A stretch of DNA of 61,757 nt, counting the filler, from Choristocarpus tenellus KU-1152 (lineage: Eukaryota > Protista > Phaeophyceae), in assembly GCA_964200185.2 (NCBI GenBank). It is 12 parts of 12 records of this genome, joined end to end, with 100 filler letters (N's around TTAATTAATTAA, not from the genome) between each part and the next. Parts side by side here need not be neighbours in the genome. Positions count along the whole stretch, not along the records: positions 11,441 to 16,074 come from CAXNAD020013703.1; positions 16,175 to 23,715 come from CAXNAD020005987.1; positions 23,816 to 27,898 come from CAXNAD020016312.1; 9 more parts are not named here. The stretch is one strand, 5' to 3'. Positions within the stretch are counted from its first letter, which is position 1, and the number at the start of each line of letters is the position of its first letter. Of the stretch, positions 12,353-25,609 are shown one piece after another. Made by a program: the position numbers and the translations under genes. The notes below the pieces were generated by a model, which ran no database searches, was not told the origin of the DNA, and was given only the letters and a program-made list of their open reading frames with translations.

Positions 12353-15300
12353 CTATACACCCTTCTTAGGGTTGCGCTCTTCCCTGTAGAGATGCTCCAC
12401 AAACTCTGTGACTTTGGGGAATTCGTCCTTCCACCTTTGACATTGCTCAACCAGAGGCACTGACCACAAGTCCTGGTTCAAGTATGTTGAGTGTATTACT
12501 CTGCCATAGTTCTGGGGGGATACCCAAGGGCCACTGAGAGCAGCAAAGGTGAAGTCCTGTTGTAGTGTAGTTGGGAGATAGTACAGATGTGAAGATTAAG
12601 GGGGACAAGTGTCAGGTGGTTAACAGAACATTTAGTATGGCTTGGGTATTGATTCAAGGAGAGGTAGGTGAATTGGATGAGTGTATGCAATTGAAAAGCA
12701 GCAGGGAATTGTGTGAGATGTCATGTGTGAAGGTATGCTGAGGTCTCTAACTACAAGGATCAAACAAGATTCAAATCAAGCAGCCCCTCAAACACACCTT
12801 AGTCCTTAAACATTCAATCGTGCAAACAATAGTCTATTTTCAATTGATACAACATATTTAAGGTGTACTCGCTGACCTTTTCTAGAGAACTTATCAGGGA
12901 GAGACAGTGTTAGGGCACAATGGACCCAACCACTTCTGTATGTCAGTGTGTTACTGGTCCACTATTGTTGCATCATGTTGGTTGAATGGACTACAAGAAG
13001 TTAAGCCCTGATCAGGTGTGTGTGTGTGTGTAATAGCAGTTACATCTGTCCTCACAGCTTGAACTATGCCAGGTGCCCACTTGTAAACCCTTAACTACCC
13101 ACCCGCAAGCCTTACCCCACCTGCTCATAATCATAATGCTCACACCATCACAATACTGATACCATTACCTGACAAACAAAAAACTTTACTCTTGAAAGAA
13201 GCGTAAGAAGAGTTTCCTGTACATGTGCGAGGGTGTTCTAGAGGATATGGCCCACGATGTATGCCTGCCCGGCAAGTGGGCATACTGGGCATCCGGCATA
13301 TTTGCACAACTTGAATTCTAGTGGAAGTTACAAACATCATAATATTACATTCTCTATGTTGATCATATGTCCCACCAGAAACAGGACCATATGCGTGCCT
13401 TGAACTAATGTGCTTTCGAAAAATAGAGAATGTACATGAAAGGTGAGGTTTTGGGTGATTCTCTTAACCGAAAGGTTTGCACAGACTGTATGAGCTGCAG
13501 TAGAAACAGGAACACACTTTTGGAATGTTAGTGTAACATTTAGAATAGATGTTGTCAATGCTCTCGAGCTATTCATACCTCAAGCCTCATCTTGATAGTA
13601 CATGACAATATTCTTAGGTGTATACAACCACTACAGAGTAAAAAGCAGAGAAACTCATAAAGATCAGAATAACCCAGAGTGTTTGAAACTATTTTCACAG
13701 AAGTGCACACAACTCTGTGCACACTTTAGGTTCTGCATGCACTAGATATCTGGTGTGTAGTGGATCCCAAATGTTCTCTCCTCTAACGGAAACCTCTCCT
13801 GCGCTCCTGCAGGGGTGTTCAAAACCTTGAGGGTGTTTAGTAACTCCACCATACGCGAAAGTCTACAGCGTATTGGATAGACATTCACATGTAGGGTATG
13901 AATGCATGCATGATTAGCGTTTACTTTCAAGTCTGTTGAATGATCTGACCAATCAAGCGCTGCTCTAGAAACGCCACCAAAGCAAAGCACCTAGTACTCA
14001 GTTTCAACAGCTGCCATCCCAGATCCCTACGTTCCTAAATTATTATCTCTATGTGAGAGGCAGAATTCAATTCCAGTGAAGGTTCAGAGTGAAAGACATA
14101 GGAGCTTAGGTGGGTGGGAAGCTTACCGCAAAATTGAGCTCCTTCCCACCAGTTAAACTTTTCCGGCCATCCTTCAGCAGAGTTTCCATTTCTTCCAAGA
14201 AAGAAACGCACTCCGCTAGATTCTATTAATCGAAAGGCCAAGAGAGTGTTACCAATGAAAATGTTAGAGCAGGGTAACAGTGCGGCACACAGGATTGTGG
14301 GAGAATGGGGGACAACGAGTGGATTCTCCTCGGGTTGTTACTGATAGTTTCAAGCACAAAATATGACAATGAAGTACTGAGCAATCCATCCACCCGTCTC
14401 AAGCAAGTATTCGTACTCGAAATTGGAGTATCCAGTGTATTATTCAACAATATATGGCCCTACAGCGTGCGTCCACACCTTAACAAACAAAGATTGTTTG
14501 AAAACCATTCTCATGAACAAGGTGAGCACTGGAAGGAAGACTTTAAGCATCAGCCGTTGCCACATCGGGCAAAGAGAGTCTTTCGCTCCCCAAACGTCCA
14601 AACGCAATGCCTTATTGTCTGCCTGGAGGACGTGGTAGTAGAGCACACTCCGAACATTGTGGCCATATTTGTCCATGCGTGCCTCAAGCTCCACCACTGC
14701 AGGGGATGGAGCCAGGAAGCCAACGTTCACCGTCTTATCCTTACATCCGACAAAACGGCCATAGACATACCGCAGAATACAGCTGGAGTTGGAGATGGTG
14801 GCATTCGCAGTGGACCTGTGGGCCCATGAGGGATGCCATATGGATATTCATTCCGCTACTAGGTTGGACGGGGTAATAGAGATGGTGGAGAGAAGGAATG
14901 AATGGGAGGCCGTGGTCCGAGTTTACATAGTTGATTGAAAGAGTCGAGATTAGGCGACAGTTCAAAATGCACCTGTGGTAAGAAAAAAGGTCGGGGTATT
15001 GACAAACACTGGCAAACAGTGAGGAGAATACCAAAGCAACGCCGAAGTAGAGTCCGGATTAGAATCGTTGCCCTTCCAACTACTCAAAAATATTTTCCGT
15101 CCACAGTATGTAGAACTTGTATACATAAGCCCCAACAAGGACCTGCAGTAGATGTTCATCATGGAAACCGACAGATGTCGGCAAGATTTTTTCCCCTTCG
15201 ACCAGTTGCCAACAACATTTTGCATGTAATTATACAGTTGATTTTTTAGTGTCACCCCAAACTGACATTCACAAGGTTATCCGTACCTGTCGCGCAGTCG

Positions 15301-15471
15301 TGGGACAAACCTCCCCAAAAGGAGCATTCCTAGGATGCCAACGTTGACTTCCTCGTCGTACTCGATTCCCGCACGATCCATGCACCATCGCACCTTCTCG
15401 GCATAGTGGGAAATGCCTATAGTCTCGAGGACAATTTCCACCGCTTTACCCTTTTCCTTCTCCTTAGGCAT
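12353..15471 (-). CDS. Glutathione S-transferase-family protein (GST N-terminal thioredoxin-like plus C-terminal domain); exons 15287-15471, 14479-14815, 12353-12556, probably one more unresolved exon
   Basis: LETIGISHYAEKVRWCMDRAGIEYDEE...VPRL; spliced ISNSSCILRYVYG; terminal exon DFTFAALSGPWVSPQNYG...FVEHLYREER*; canonical GT-AG boundaries. Confidence 0.8.
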
Positions 15472-15784
15472 ATCTTTACCCAAAATAAGGACCCACCTCA
15501 TCATGACACTGAGGAGAGCCAGTCCCATGCAAGAGAGTGTGCTCAAACGTAACCAGGCGGCGGAAGGTGGAAGGAAGATAATGTATACATGCATAAGGGC
15601 AGGCCCGCGTCGAATACGCATGTTAATGTCAGTTCGGAAAGTGCGCTGGTTGATCTTTGTGCCCTATCTTTGACCTTGTTGGTATAGGAGTGTTTCTAGT
15701 TTTTTTGTACTCGGTATCTTATTAATAGAGCGCAAAATGAAGTACATAATGTTTTATCCACAACGATAAGAAAATTTGTTTCCC

Positions 15785-15830
15785 CCCTGACGTATCTGCA
15801 AAATGTCACAGGGCATAATAATATATATAT
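15785..15830 (+). mobile_element. 3' terminus of an RLE-type non-LTR retrotransposon with TAA/TA tail
   Basis: CTGACGTATCTGCAAAATGTCACAGGGCATAATAATATATAT matches the end of the element at 50881-50913. Confidence 0.6.
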
Positions 15831-16074
15831 GGCCCCAGGGCAGGGGAACAGGTACTACAGCACACTCCAACGGTTAAACGCCTGCACCAACTATGCAAGG
15901 GGATGGGCATCCCTTGCACCACGGAGGACGGTAGCCCTTTCACTGTGGACCGAAATCTTCGCATGGATCTGGTGTTTCACGCAGGGGCACTAGCAGATGC
16001 TGGAACTGCTCCCTACAGGGACAAAGGTCTCCTCCTGGACATCACCTTCGCAGAGGTACAGGCCACCTCCCACC
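15831..16074 (+). mobile_element. 5'-truncated RLE-type (CRE/R2-like) non-LTR retrotransposon, restriction-like endonuclease domain
   Basis: NLRMDLVF...GLLLDITFAEVQATSH fits the R-[PM]-D...D-[VI]-T RLE motif; overlaps AEVQAASH at 50338. Confidence 0.65.
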
Positions 16075-16214
16075 NNNNNNNNNNNNNNNNNNNNNNNNNN
16101 NNNNNNNNNNNNNNNNNNTTAATTAATTAANNNNNNNNNNNNNNNNNNNNNNNNNNNNNNNNNNNNNNNNNNNNCCCCCTCCACCCCATCTACTTATCTC
16201 GATGTCCCTAACAG

Positions 16215-17003
16215 TTGAACCGGAACTACTTTGAGGCAGCCATTTGTGTGGGCACATGCGCAGTGTATCGCAGGGAGGCTCTGCTGCCATTTGGGGGCAC
16301 AGCGGCTGTTGACTCTTCAGAAGATGTGTACACAGGATTCAAATGTTCCCAACTGGGTCACACATTGCGGTACCTGCCGATAGTCTTGTCGATGGGTACT
16401 TGCCCTAGCGAGCCAAGGACATTTTTTGCGCAGCAGTACCGTTGGTGCTCTGGCTGCGTCACGCTTTGCTTTAGCGGCAACTTCTGGCATTCGAACTTGT
16501 CGTTCATGCAGAAGCAGTGCTATATTTCGGGTTTGTTGTACTATTTTGTAAGTGCCTTTTGGATCTTTCTTGGACCACTCGCTTCGCTGCTGCTCATCTG
16601 GATAAATCCTGCTGTTGTGCTCTGGTACAACGTGGCATTTGTTGTTCCATCATTCCTATTTTCCGTAGTTGGGATGAGCGTGTGGGCAACACAGAAGTAT
16701 GGCATCGCTGTTCTTAGAGTGCAGGTACTTCAAGCATATGCCCACCTTTTTGCCATTAAGGATCATATGGGGGGCAACAGAGCGCCATGGATACCATCAG
16801 GGGGCGGAGCAGACAAGAGATCCTCTTCCTCCTCTGCATTTGACTCAGCGATGAAACTAATGCTGATCTGGGTTACAATCTCAAGTTTGTTCATTGTTGC
16901 CGGTGTTGTGTTGCACAGTAGGGACTACCCATGGTACCAATTCCTCCCCATGCTAGTTCTCACTACATGGGACTACACACTCAACATGAGTATGTTGTTG
17001 TAG
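16215..17003 (+). CDS. Cellulose synthase-like glycosyltransferase family 2, terminal exon
   Basis: CVGTCAVYRREAL, SEDVYTG and QQYRW (QxxRW) motifs followed by several transmembrane helices; CAG acceptor before 16215; TAG stop. Confidence 0.9.
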   Translation: MNRNYFEAAICVGTCAVYRREALLPFGGTAAVDSSEDVYTGFKCSQLGHTLRYLPIVLSMGTCPSEPRTFFAQQYRWCSGCVTLCFSGNFWHSNLSFMQKQCYISGLLYYFVSAFWIFLGPLASLLLIWINPAVVLWYNVAFVVPSFLFSVVGMSVWATQKYGIAVLRVQVLQAYAHLFAIKDHMGGNRAPWIPSGGGADKRSSSSSAFDSAMKLMLIWVTISSLFIVAGVVLHSRDYPWYQFLPMLVLTTWDYTLNMSMLL

Positions 17004-18274
17004 AGTGGACATGGGTTTTGATAAATCTTGAATTGATTCTGTTGACATAGCTTTTCTAGAGCTCCATACATTTTCCCCGTGACCTTTTTGCTCAAGGACA
17101 TCAATTGTCCTGGTGATGTTTTGTTTGATTTTTTGGTTAGTGTAGAAGGGCATACTAGACCTAGGCAGTCTTTACTGGCAATCAAATTGTGGACACGAAT
17201 CAGGTTCACTTTCTTTGGAGTCTTTCAATAGATGTACCAAGTGCTTAATTACCTCTAGGGAAGCATTGTATGTACAAATCAACCTTTAGTATCTCTTTAG
17301 AACCAGGCAGGATAGCCTCTGCTGTGCTGTGGGTGCATTGGAAGAAGTAGCCACTGTGATTTCCTTGATATTTAACATTTGGATAGATGCAGGTGGTCGT
17401 TACTCAATGCTCCCTGAGATGGAGGTTCATATTGGGTACATTGTATTTCAATAGCTGTTGCTTGATAGGTTGAACAAAGAGTATTGTAGTTTATTATCAC
17501 CTGTTCACTGATGACTCATGATGAGGGTTACCAGAGGAAAGCAATTACTTAATTTCTGCCAAGCAATGTATAAAAAAGGAAAAATTACATAAATAAAAAA
17601 AGAGGATCAGTTAGCTGTGGCAATCGGTTCCAGCAAACAAAAAACACCATTACCCACTGAAAAGGTTCGATGCCCTCCATCCACTTGAAATGAATTCAAC
17701 AGAACAGAGAGAGAGAAGTGAATCCTCCTCAGAGAAGCACACCTATGTGACTGCTGCAGGTGATACATACTAGCGCCAATATGAAGGACGTACAGCTTTC
17801 ACAGATATCATACCGATCATCAAGGATGTTCTTGACTCTAGTTGCCACACTCGCTTTTATCGTGGCACTACGGAAGAAAATTCCTGCAGTGAACTGATGG
17901 TACAGGTGGAGATTGTTTCTTGATTTCCTCTTGATTTTACTCTTACTTGCTGCAGAATGAGGCTCATAGTTACAAGTAACCGCCTTGTTGACCACTATCC
18001 ACGCTACCATTGTATCCCTCAGGAGTGACTTGGACACCTCTTGTCAATTGAGTAGCACCCTCAGTCCTTTCTCACTTTGTTAATCAGGGGCAAATCGGTT
18101 GACAAGTCAGATAGATACTGATGAATAACTGTTAATATATGTATGTACATGTAAGCTTTAAGGGAGTGTTTTATAGTGTTGTAGGTGGTATTCCAATAGT
18201 AGATTTTAGAGAGATATCTTTCACATTTGCGACAAACTCCTACTTTCCAGGGGTTCTTGTGATACTGGTTAATA

Positions 18275-18822
18275 TTTTCCCTGACACATTTGCAAAATGT
18301 CCTCTGACGATGAAAACTATTCGCTTTCATGTCAGGAAACCCCCAAAAGTAACAGTTGTCATAAATGTGGAAGTCATCTATCTATTTACTATTTTACTAC
18401 CAGCTATGATGCATGTTATATATATTATTACTATGCCCTCAGATATTTTGCCAAATGTATATTATTATGCTCTCTAACATTTTGCAGATGATGTGTCAGG
18501 AGAAAACCAATGAAAACTACTCACATGTCAGAAAAAAACCCCTTAAAAAGTAACAGTTGTCAAAAATGTGGAAGCCATTAAACAATTTACTATTTTACCG
18601 TCAGTTATGCTGTACCACTGACTTCCTATGCCTTCCACCTAGCTTAGTCATGCACCCCATGGTGAGGAGCTAGGGAAGTCTATATTATATCATAATAAGC
18701 AGTACACATTTGGAACGTTCTGAAAAGGATCTGTCGACCCCCAGTTATTTCTATTTCTATTTTTATTGTATGTTACTTTATTATTTTTCTGTCTGACATT
18801 TTGCAGATGTGTCAGGGAAATA
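18275..18822 (-). mobile_element. Cluster of stacked 3' ends/3' UTR fragments of the RLE retrotransposon family
   Basis: Two copies of ATGAAAACTA..CATGTCAG..AAAAGTAACAGTTGTCA.AAATGTGGAAG plus TATTATTA(C/T)TATGC termini, all reverse complements of 50800-50915. Confidence 0.65.
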
Positions 18823-20639
18823 AATTTCTCTATTATTATATAAATCTTATTCTTTGTGTTAGTTTGACAGACCCAAATTTCTGGTCGAAATATAGGCAAG
18901 ACACTTTGACCAAGAGATACTAGATGTACCAAAGAAAATAAGAAAAGGCAATGGAAGAAGAAAGAAGAAGAAAGGAGAAACAAATCATCGTATGTATAAG
19001 AATAATGAACAGTGAAGCAAGATATAATGCACAAACAAACCAAAAACTTGAGCAATAGGAAGCCATCTGATCCGAAAAATAGCACTCATCACATGTCACA
19101 GAGAGGGAACAAAAAGGAAGAGGAAAAGAGGGACGCAAGAATAGTCAAACCCCCAGGTTTCGGCCATTTTGTATTTAAAGTCTGTTTTGCAATCTATTGC
19201 AATTCACCCATATTCCTATCTATGGATGAAATTCTCAGTTTGACTTGAGATCATTATTTTTCTTTGTTTGAAATTTTTCTAACACAATTCAGAAAATATC
19301 CTGTACACATTTTAAAGAAAACTCTAATTTTGTACTTAGTGGTCAGCATCCTTATATTGCAACCCTGGGTGCCTCTCGTTTACTTAGACTCGGTGGTGGT
19401 GGTTACTTGGGGTGTCTTAGTTCGATGCTTTAGGATGGCGCACAACATCTATAGCAACTTCCTTGGAGCTCCATTCTTCCACCATGAAGCTCGTTATGCT
19501 GCCAATCACACACCTGTACCACCTGTCTGTCTTGGTTGGTTGCCCCTGTGCTTCATCCCTTGGCCTTGATTGCAAACTTCAAGAGGCCTTCTTGCAGGCA
19601 CATCCACCGGTTCTTCTTTTGTCCACCTTCAGTCTTCCAGCTATCAGCGCCTCAAATTTCAACACCTGAGAATGTCACTCATTTCCCAAGTATGCAACTG
19701 ACCCCCTGCAAATAAGAATCTCCGTTTTCGCACAGCCGCCTTAGTATTCTCACACCCAGTCTACGAACGGCATCTTCGCAGGACAGTGCATGGTCATTGT
19801 GTTCCAGTCTGCGAAGTCTGATGCAACGAAGGAGGAATTGGTGGTGAAGGGAGTGAGGCTTCATACAATGAACCTCGCCGAATGATGATGCTGCCATACA
19901 ACCTTCTGATAGAACCTCGTGCACCTTAGCCCTGAGCATTTGCATCTGACGCTCCCCCAGGGATGCTCCTGAGGTCCTGGCATAGCACACTTGGCTGGAT
20001 TTGGAGAAACAAAATTGGTGTTGTGAACCAAACGAATTTACAATAAAAGGCTATCAACCCAAACACTTTCGATTCCAATTTGATTCGATTGCCCGTCCAC
20101 AAGTCAAGGTGTGCGAAGAAGATCGCGTCGAGGATTGAGCTAACCATCATAACGCGAGGTGAAAGGACCTGTGGTTGGTGAGGAGTCGCAAACTCTTCGA
20201 GTTGAACTCATTTGTTTTTGTTCTCTTTTCTTTACTTACAATCATCCCCTGAAATATCTGAGATTAGAAATTTGGTCAAAATCGTCTTCTTATGTGTTCA
20301 TTAGGTAACATATTTTTCTCTTCAGACAGTTAATATGATTCTTTTTACGCTTTCTTTTCCGTTGTAATCTGTGAGACCTGATTCGTTAATTGGTACACTT
20401 TTCAGATTCAAATTTGGGCGACGTACCAGCCAATGGAACATCAGAAGGAGCAAACCGACCTCAAGATTTGAAGGACTTGGTCAAAGGCCTTCCGATCACC
20501 TTCATAACACAATGTGGGGTGAGGGAGGGGATGCCGAGACGCAAAAGAGGTAGAATCTGACGGATTTAGAGAGAAGAAGGACTGTGACTGTGGATCTCCT
20601 TGTGGTCAGCTAGAATGGCGTTCCGTCTAAGAGGGACCT

Positions 20640-21030
20640 CAGATGAGGTGCTGACATTTTCTGTGTCTCCTGGTTGAGCATCAGCAGGCAATTGGAGCGC
20701 TATAGGCATGAGGAGGACTAGGGCATCATCATCGATCCTGACCTCGGCTCGTTATGGAAGGGGAACAGTACCCGCAAAGTCATCAATTTAATCGAGTTCA
20801 GGGGGTTATGAAGGTCATCTGCATAAGAAGGGATATGACACACCGAGTGGATGCCAGCACATTTGGGCATCGACAGGACCACACTTCACATAAATCTCAA
20901 GCAGCTCGGTGTAGATGACACTGTAGGTGTCTCTGGAGTCGATCATGCTTGTGAAGGGGCACAACACCTACACGCTGCTCCACCTGAGGAAGGACAGAGA
21001 GGTAAGGGCTGGCAGAGCCCATGCTAGAAG
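20640..21030 (+). mobile_element. Degenerate Tc1/mariner-like transposase C-terminus (plant/oomycete mariner type)
   Basis: MTL*VSLESIMLVKGHNTYTLLHLRKDREVRAGR matches the TLQ...IM...GxNxYxLPHxxK terminal motif; upstream part decayed. Confidence 0.55.
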
Positions 21031-22009
21031 GCTTCCATGTAATCCAATCGCGTGCCAGTCAACAAGGATGTTCTTGCGGTGTTGAGAGTTTGTAAGGAAC
21101 TAGTATTTCATGAAGTGTATCGACCTCGATATGCTGGAAACACATACCTGTTTACATTTTGAGATAAGGTAGTAACAACTTTTGACATACCAATCTCCTT
21201 TCTTTCTCGAAGTCCCTTAGAGATACAACAAAGAAAATAATATCTTCTGTTTCTCTTTATATATTATTATGCCCTTTGTGGAAGTGTCAAGGCGCCCCCC
21301 TCTTTACCTCCTTCAGTCGCCTTGCTGGTAGTTGTCTTCTTCTTCCCCTTCCTTGCAGAGGTCTTCTCTTTGCTGGTGGAAATGGAATTGGAATTGGAAG
21401 TGGAGTGGTCCCACTTCTGTCTCGAATATCTCGGTTTGGTCAGACATAGAGTTTAGCCCCCTTGAACACTCGGCATGAGTACCACTGTGAAAGTGTCAAG
21501 GTGCCAAGGCTCTCTACAAAAGGGGGCAATCATAATCACCAGACTGAACTCTTCCATCACAGAGGGCGAGACCGAGTTTCACAGGTCTTGGCCCAGCATC
21601 CCAACGTCAGTTGGGGAAATTCAGAACATAACAAAAACCTTAGTCCATAACAGATTTCACAGAAGGACTGAGTAACATCATCACAGGAAAATGGATCAGT
21701 CAGAATCGGAATGGATCTTTGTTCTGACAGCCTTCTGAATGTTTGGTCAAATCCGGATCTTATGGGTGTGTCTGGTTTTGTGGACCGGTGGATATGGGCA
21801 AGTTCAATGACGTGGTTGGCGCGCGCGTGCGCACACACATATATATATATGCCCGCGTGGCATATCCACAGAATGTGTGTATGGGAGATCCCAAAAAGGG
21901 AACCTGTCCCTGACACCTCTGACATTTTACTACCATCATTATGAACAGGTGAATAGATCACGCAGCTCGCCGTTGTGCGATTTTACCCATGAGAACATGC
22001 ACAATATCA

Positions 22010-22268
22010 GAGTCAAAGTATCTTAGAGGGTAGAGCTGCGTCCATTTGGGGTCCAAAATCCAATGTTGCGATTTTGATGTAATTTTGGTTATCGTGTTTG
22101 TTAGGAAGTGTCAATATCCTTGTTCCAGACACACCTTTTCATGACGTATACATTTTACCTTCTCCGAAATATCTTGTGGTAGGAAAATGAAAAAAAAAAA
22201 CCCGAGGGAAGCCAAGTCCCAAATGAACAAACAGGGTAAAACTTGTACCCTCTAAGATACTTTCACTC
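22010..22268 (+). mobile_element. MITE family B
   Basis: Intact TIRs; 4-bp TSD ATCA/ATCA. Confidence 0.9.
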
Positions 22269-22889
22269 ATCAGCTACCCCTTAAGCCCCCTACCTAGTAG
22301 GTTCCTACTCGTTGTACACAATGTAATTTGAGGGACTCTATGGTTGGGATTCCATACTACTATTACGTCTAAAAATGTACACTAAGAAAAGAGAATGATA
22401 CCACATACCACCCCAAAAATGTGTCCTTTTCGTGCAATTCAAAAGGCTCTGCTCCATTTTGCAGTAATTATCACATGCCCACCCACTTCTTGCGATGGCA
22501 AAACTACAGAATATTCGCACAACAGAACATGTACAACAAACACAACGATTAATACAGAATATATTCTGTTTACAAAATAAGTGTAGAATACAGTAGAAAA
22601 GCGTTTCTACATATATTACATACTCTGAGTACTTGGTATAGCAGATACGATTACATTGAAACGATATATCAACAAGTGTTCTGGAGGAACAAAAGAAAAA
22701 TAGTGCAGCACCTACTTGTACTGTTCGACCACTGGTACTATCAACGCCAAGTAACCCTAGAAAAAAAGAGGTAGCTATGCCCTCTTGCTGTGGCCGGATT
22801 CCTCCTCTACTAGTCTTCAGATGTCAGATGCTCTACTTGGCAGCCTTGGCATCCCTCCCACGCATCCACCCTGAGCCGGATGGTACACA

Positions 22890-23620
22890 GGAAGACAAGA
22901 AGCTGCATGTTGTTTGGGTCCAATCTATTCTCTTCGCTTTAGCAATATTCCCAGATAACCAGAACATATATGCTTCAAGTCCGCCTGTGGAGGAGGAATG
23001 ACCAAATTACGGACGCAAATTACGGACGCAAGTTGACTAAGCGTGGAAAGGATGAAGTCATCTCTTACCATCCACTATACGCCTTGGTGCCAGGAGTCAA
23101 CTTCCAATCGTGCTGACAGCTCCCTCCATCCAGCATTAACTTAAGCTTCAACACAAAGTTCAAGGGGAACTCTAGTGAAGCCCTTTAGCCTCTTCATCTG
23201 ATGGAAATGTGACCTCTCAGCATGAGCAGTATATTTGCTGTGCTGTACCATCCCGACTGCGTCTAGCACGCCCTGACTCAATTGCCACCTCCAGGGATGT
23301 CACCCTTTTACAACTCTGAATGTATCCCTCCAATTCTGCTATGATCTTCTTATGGAATGCTGCAAAGTTGCTGGTCCTTGGGTCCGGACAGGTGGCCAAT
23401 ACCCACCTCCACTTGAATCCCTTAGGCTTGCCCATCCTTCAGTATTCTTCGTGCAGGTCAACACAACCGTGGGTTACCATAATATTTGGAGTGAGGTTCA
23501 AATCCATTGTGAACTCAACATGCAAAATGTCATCCTCATTGCGCTGGCAGAAGTGAAACACAGCGACTTTATGCCTACAAAACATCTCCCTGAAGCTCTT
23601 TAGATTCAGACACTATCATG
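22890..23620 (-). mobile_element. Degenerate hAT transposase, C-terminal part with dimerization domain
   Basis: VLATCPDPRT (A.xLDPR motif) and SFPRL...VIP..QA...SGNIAKAKR across shifted frames. Confidence 0.55.
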
Positions 23621-23676
23621 CCTCCTAACCCTATTGCCGTAGACACAATCTTTTCCCATCCTTCACCCCACCGACT

Positions 23677-23967
23677 GACCCAAAGTATCTGGGAGGGGGG
23701 GGGGGGGGCTCACCCNNNNNNNNNNNNNNNNNNNNNNNNNNNNNNNNNNNNNNNNNNNNTTAATTAATTAANNNNNNNNNNNNNNNNNNNNNNNNNNNNN
23801 NNNNNNNNNNNNNNNGGGTACACCAGGGTGTCCATTTAGGCCAAAACCAGGAAAAGAGCACTTACATTATCCATCCGAAGTATGCAACCAAATCACCCAA
23901 AAACCGCGACATGAACAAATTGACCCCAAATGGAGAGCCGCCACCCCCCCTCCAGATATTTTGAGCC
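23677..23967 (+). mobile_element. Two MITE family A halves on either side of a linker (23677-23715 left end; 23816-23967 body and right end)
   Basis: GACCCAAAGTATCTGGG-polyG at the contig end; family A body ending AGATATTTTGAGCC. Confidence 0.85.
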
Positions 23968-24457
23968 ACCACAACACCAAGAACAAAACAAAATACATCC
24001 ACAAAAAGTATGAATTCCAACCAGAGTCGTCAGTTCATCATGCAGAGAGGGATGTTGTGTAGATACACTTGATGGATTTTTGTTGTGGTAGTTGGATTGT
24101 GGGAACTCAAACTTTCATTCCACTTTTTTTACAAGGTATCTAATGCTTACCGCCCCACATGCTCGTTCCTCCCGTAGAACATATTTCTATATTGCGAAGG
24201 AACCACCCTAAGTATCTTCTTTACAATGTGATGTAGAAGAGTCTTGTCACCTGTTCTGCATAGTGTTGAGATGAACACACTCCCCAAAGGATCCATCTCA
24301 AGAGATCACCTTCTCCAGAGGGGTGTATCCTAACTAACTGCCAAAATTTGCGATGCCACTTTTTATAGTAGACAGCTATAATATTTTAGTAATATTTTAG
24401 TAATAGCCTTTATTTGTTCTTATTTCCGCACTTTTCTAATGCTCACTGTGTAATACT

Positions 24458-25217
24458 TCATTTTAGATATATTATCTTGATAGATAGGCGAATACTATCA
24501 TCAGCAAAATGCCTTGCAACTTGAGGTATCCTGCTCATTTGAGGATGCCTTGTCAAAGACGCAAGCTGCTCATCTTCGTGTGGGTTAAGAAGCAATAAAA
24601 AATCGGGCCTTTTCGCCTGCATTAGGATGCACTGGGCGCAACCATCGTCGAATAAGAAACCTCTACATGTGGCACAGGTCAAATGGTCAAATAAATGTCC
24701 TCCTTGACTCCAAGTGTCATCTGTGAAAGAACAACATACATAGCGTAAATCTAGGTTCACAGCAGTGGTGGGAAAAGAGGTAATTTCAACGGCAATATAT
24801 AACACAAACACAAACATTTCTTTAGTGGAAATCGTCAGAACGGCAGTTACACAAATGTTGGTGTCCATTCTCTCCACAAGTAGTAAGAGATTATTAAAAT
24901 ATAGAAAATAGATAAACTAAGTACAATAGTAAAGAAACCAGACTACTTGCTGGACATCGTCCAGCCCCATCATATCACCAAGGGGATATTATAAATTTAG
25001 CCATACAAACCAGCACGAGATTCTGATGTTCTGGGTACCGCAACTCAACGACGTAGATGAATGAATAGAAACTCAATACCAAGTGGCTACTATTTCCACC
25101 TCGTGCAGAGTTGGTCTGTCAGGGCACAAGTTGACGCTTCCAATGTCACGGTTCCTCCCCCAACTCCATCCTGATGCATCCTTGAAGTATTGCTTAGTGA
25201 GGTAGTTCTTCTGGTAC
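24458..25217 (-). CDS. Possible exons of an unknown gene divergent from ldpA
   Basis: AG/GT-bounded open segment YQKNYLTKQYFKDASGWSWGRNRDIGSVNLCPDRPTLHEVEIVAT (~25080-25217) and a CxxC..CxxC segment; no family recognised. Confidence 0.25.
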
Positions 25218-25609
25218 CTAAGAAGATAGAAATAATCTTCCTGGTGTTGGATCCTTGACCTTGACCTTACTTTGCACTATTTATGGTGGACACCCAAGTA
25301 CGTTTGACGTCCAAAACATGTGGCTATGCTATCTACAACAACAGGGAAGGATGATGACATTCATGATGTTAGGAACTGATATAACTCTAGGAATGAGTTG
25401 TGGGTGTCACTCCCCATTTCTTGTTTGCGTTAGAGAATAGTATTGTCCATGGATTCATGAAGATGTGTTGAACTTCAAACAATTAACTCTGAATCCACAT
25501 GGAAAAGATATCTAATTGTTACGTTTATAGTTAGATGAAGTGATACGTAATATTGTACGATAATAGTGAGTGTACAAAAAATACGATAAGCCTCATCCAA
25601 CAAGTAGAA

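Noticed and set aside
13742-13990. GST terminal exon (TPAG...EER)
   Set aside because: A much better terminal exon with the DFTFAAL and LYREER motifs lies at 12353-12556.
5553-21030. TAG reassigned to Gln (alternative genetic code)
   Set aside because: TAGs occur only in sequences that also have frameshifts or other stops. The intact GT2 and GST genes end in TAG and have no internal TAG.
23677-23967. One complete MITE spanning the linker, implying true contig adjacency (also 36432-36714)
   Set aside because: Flanks do not form a TSD (GACT vs ACCA). At 36432 the match is only TTGA/TTTA and the right flank is family B sequence absent on the left. The linkers are artificial.
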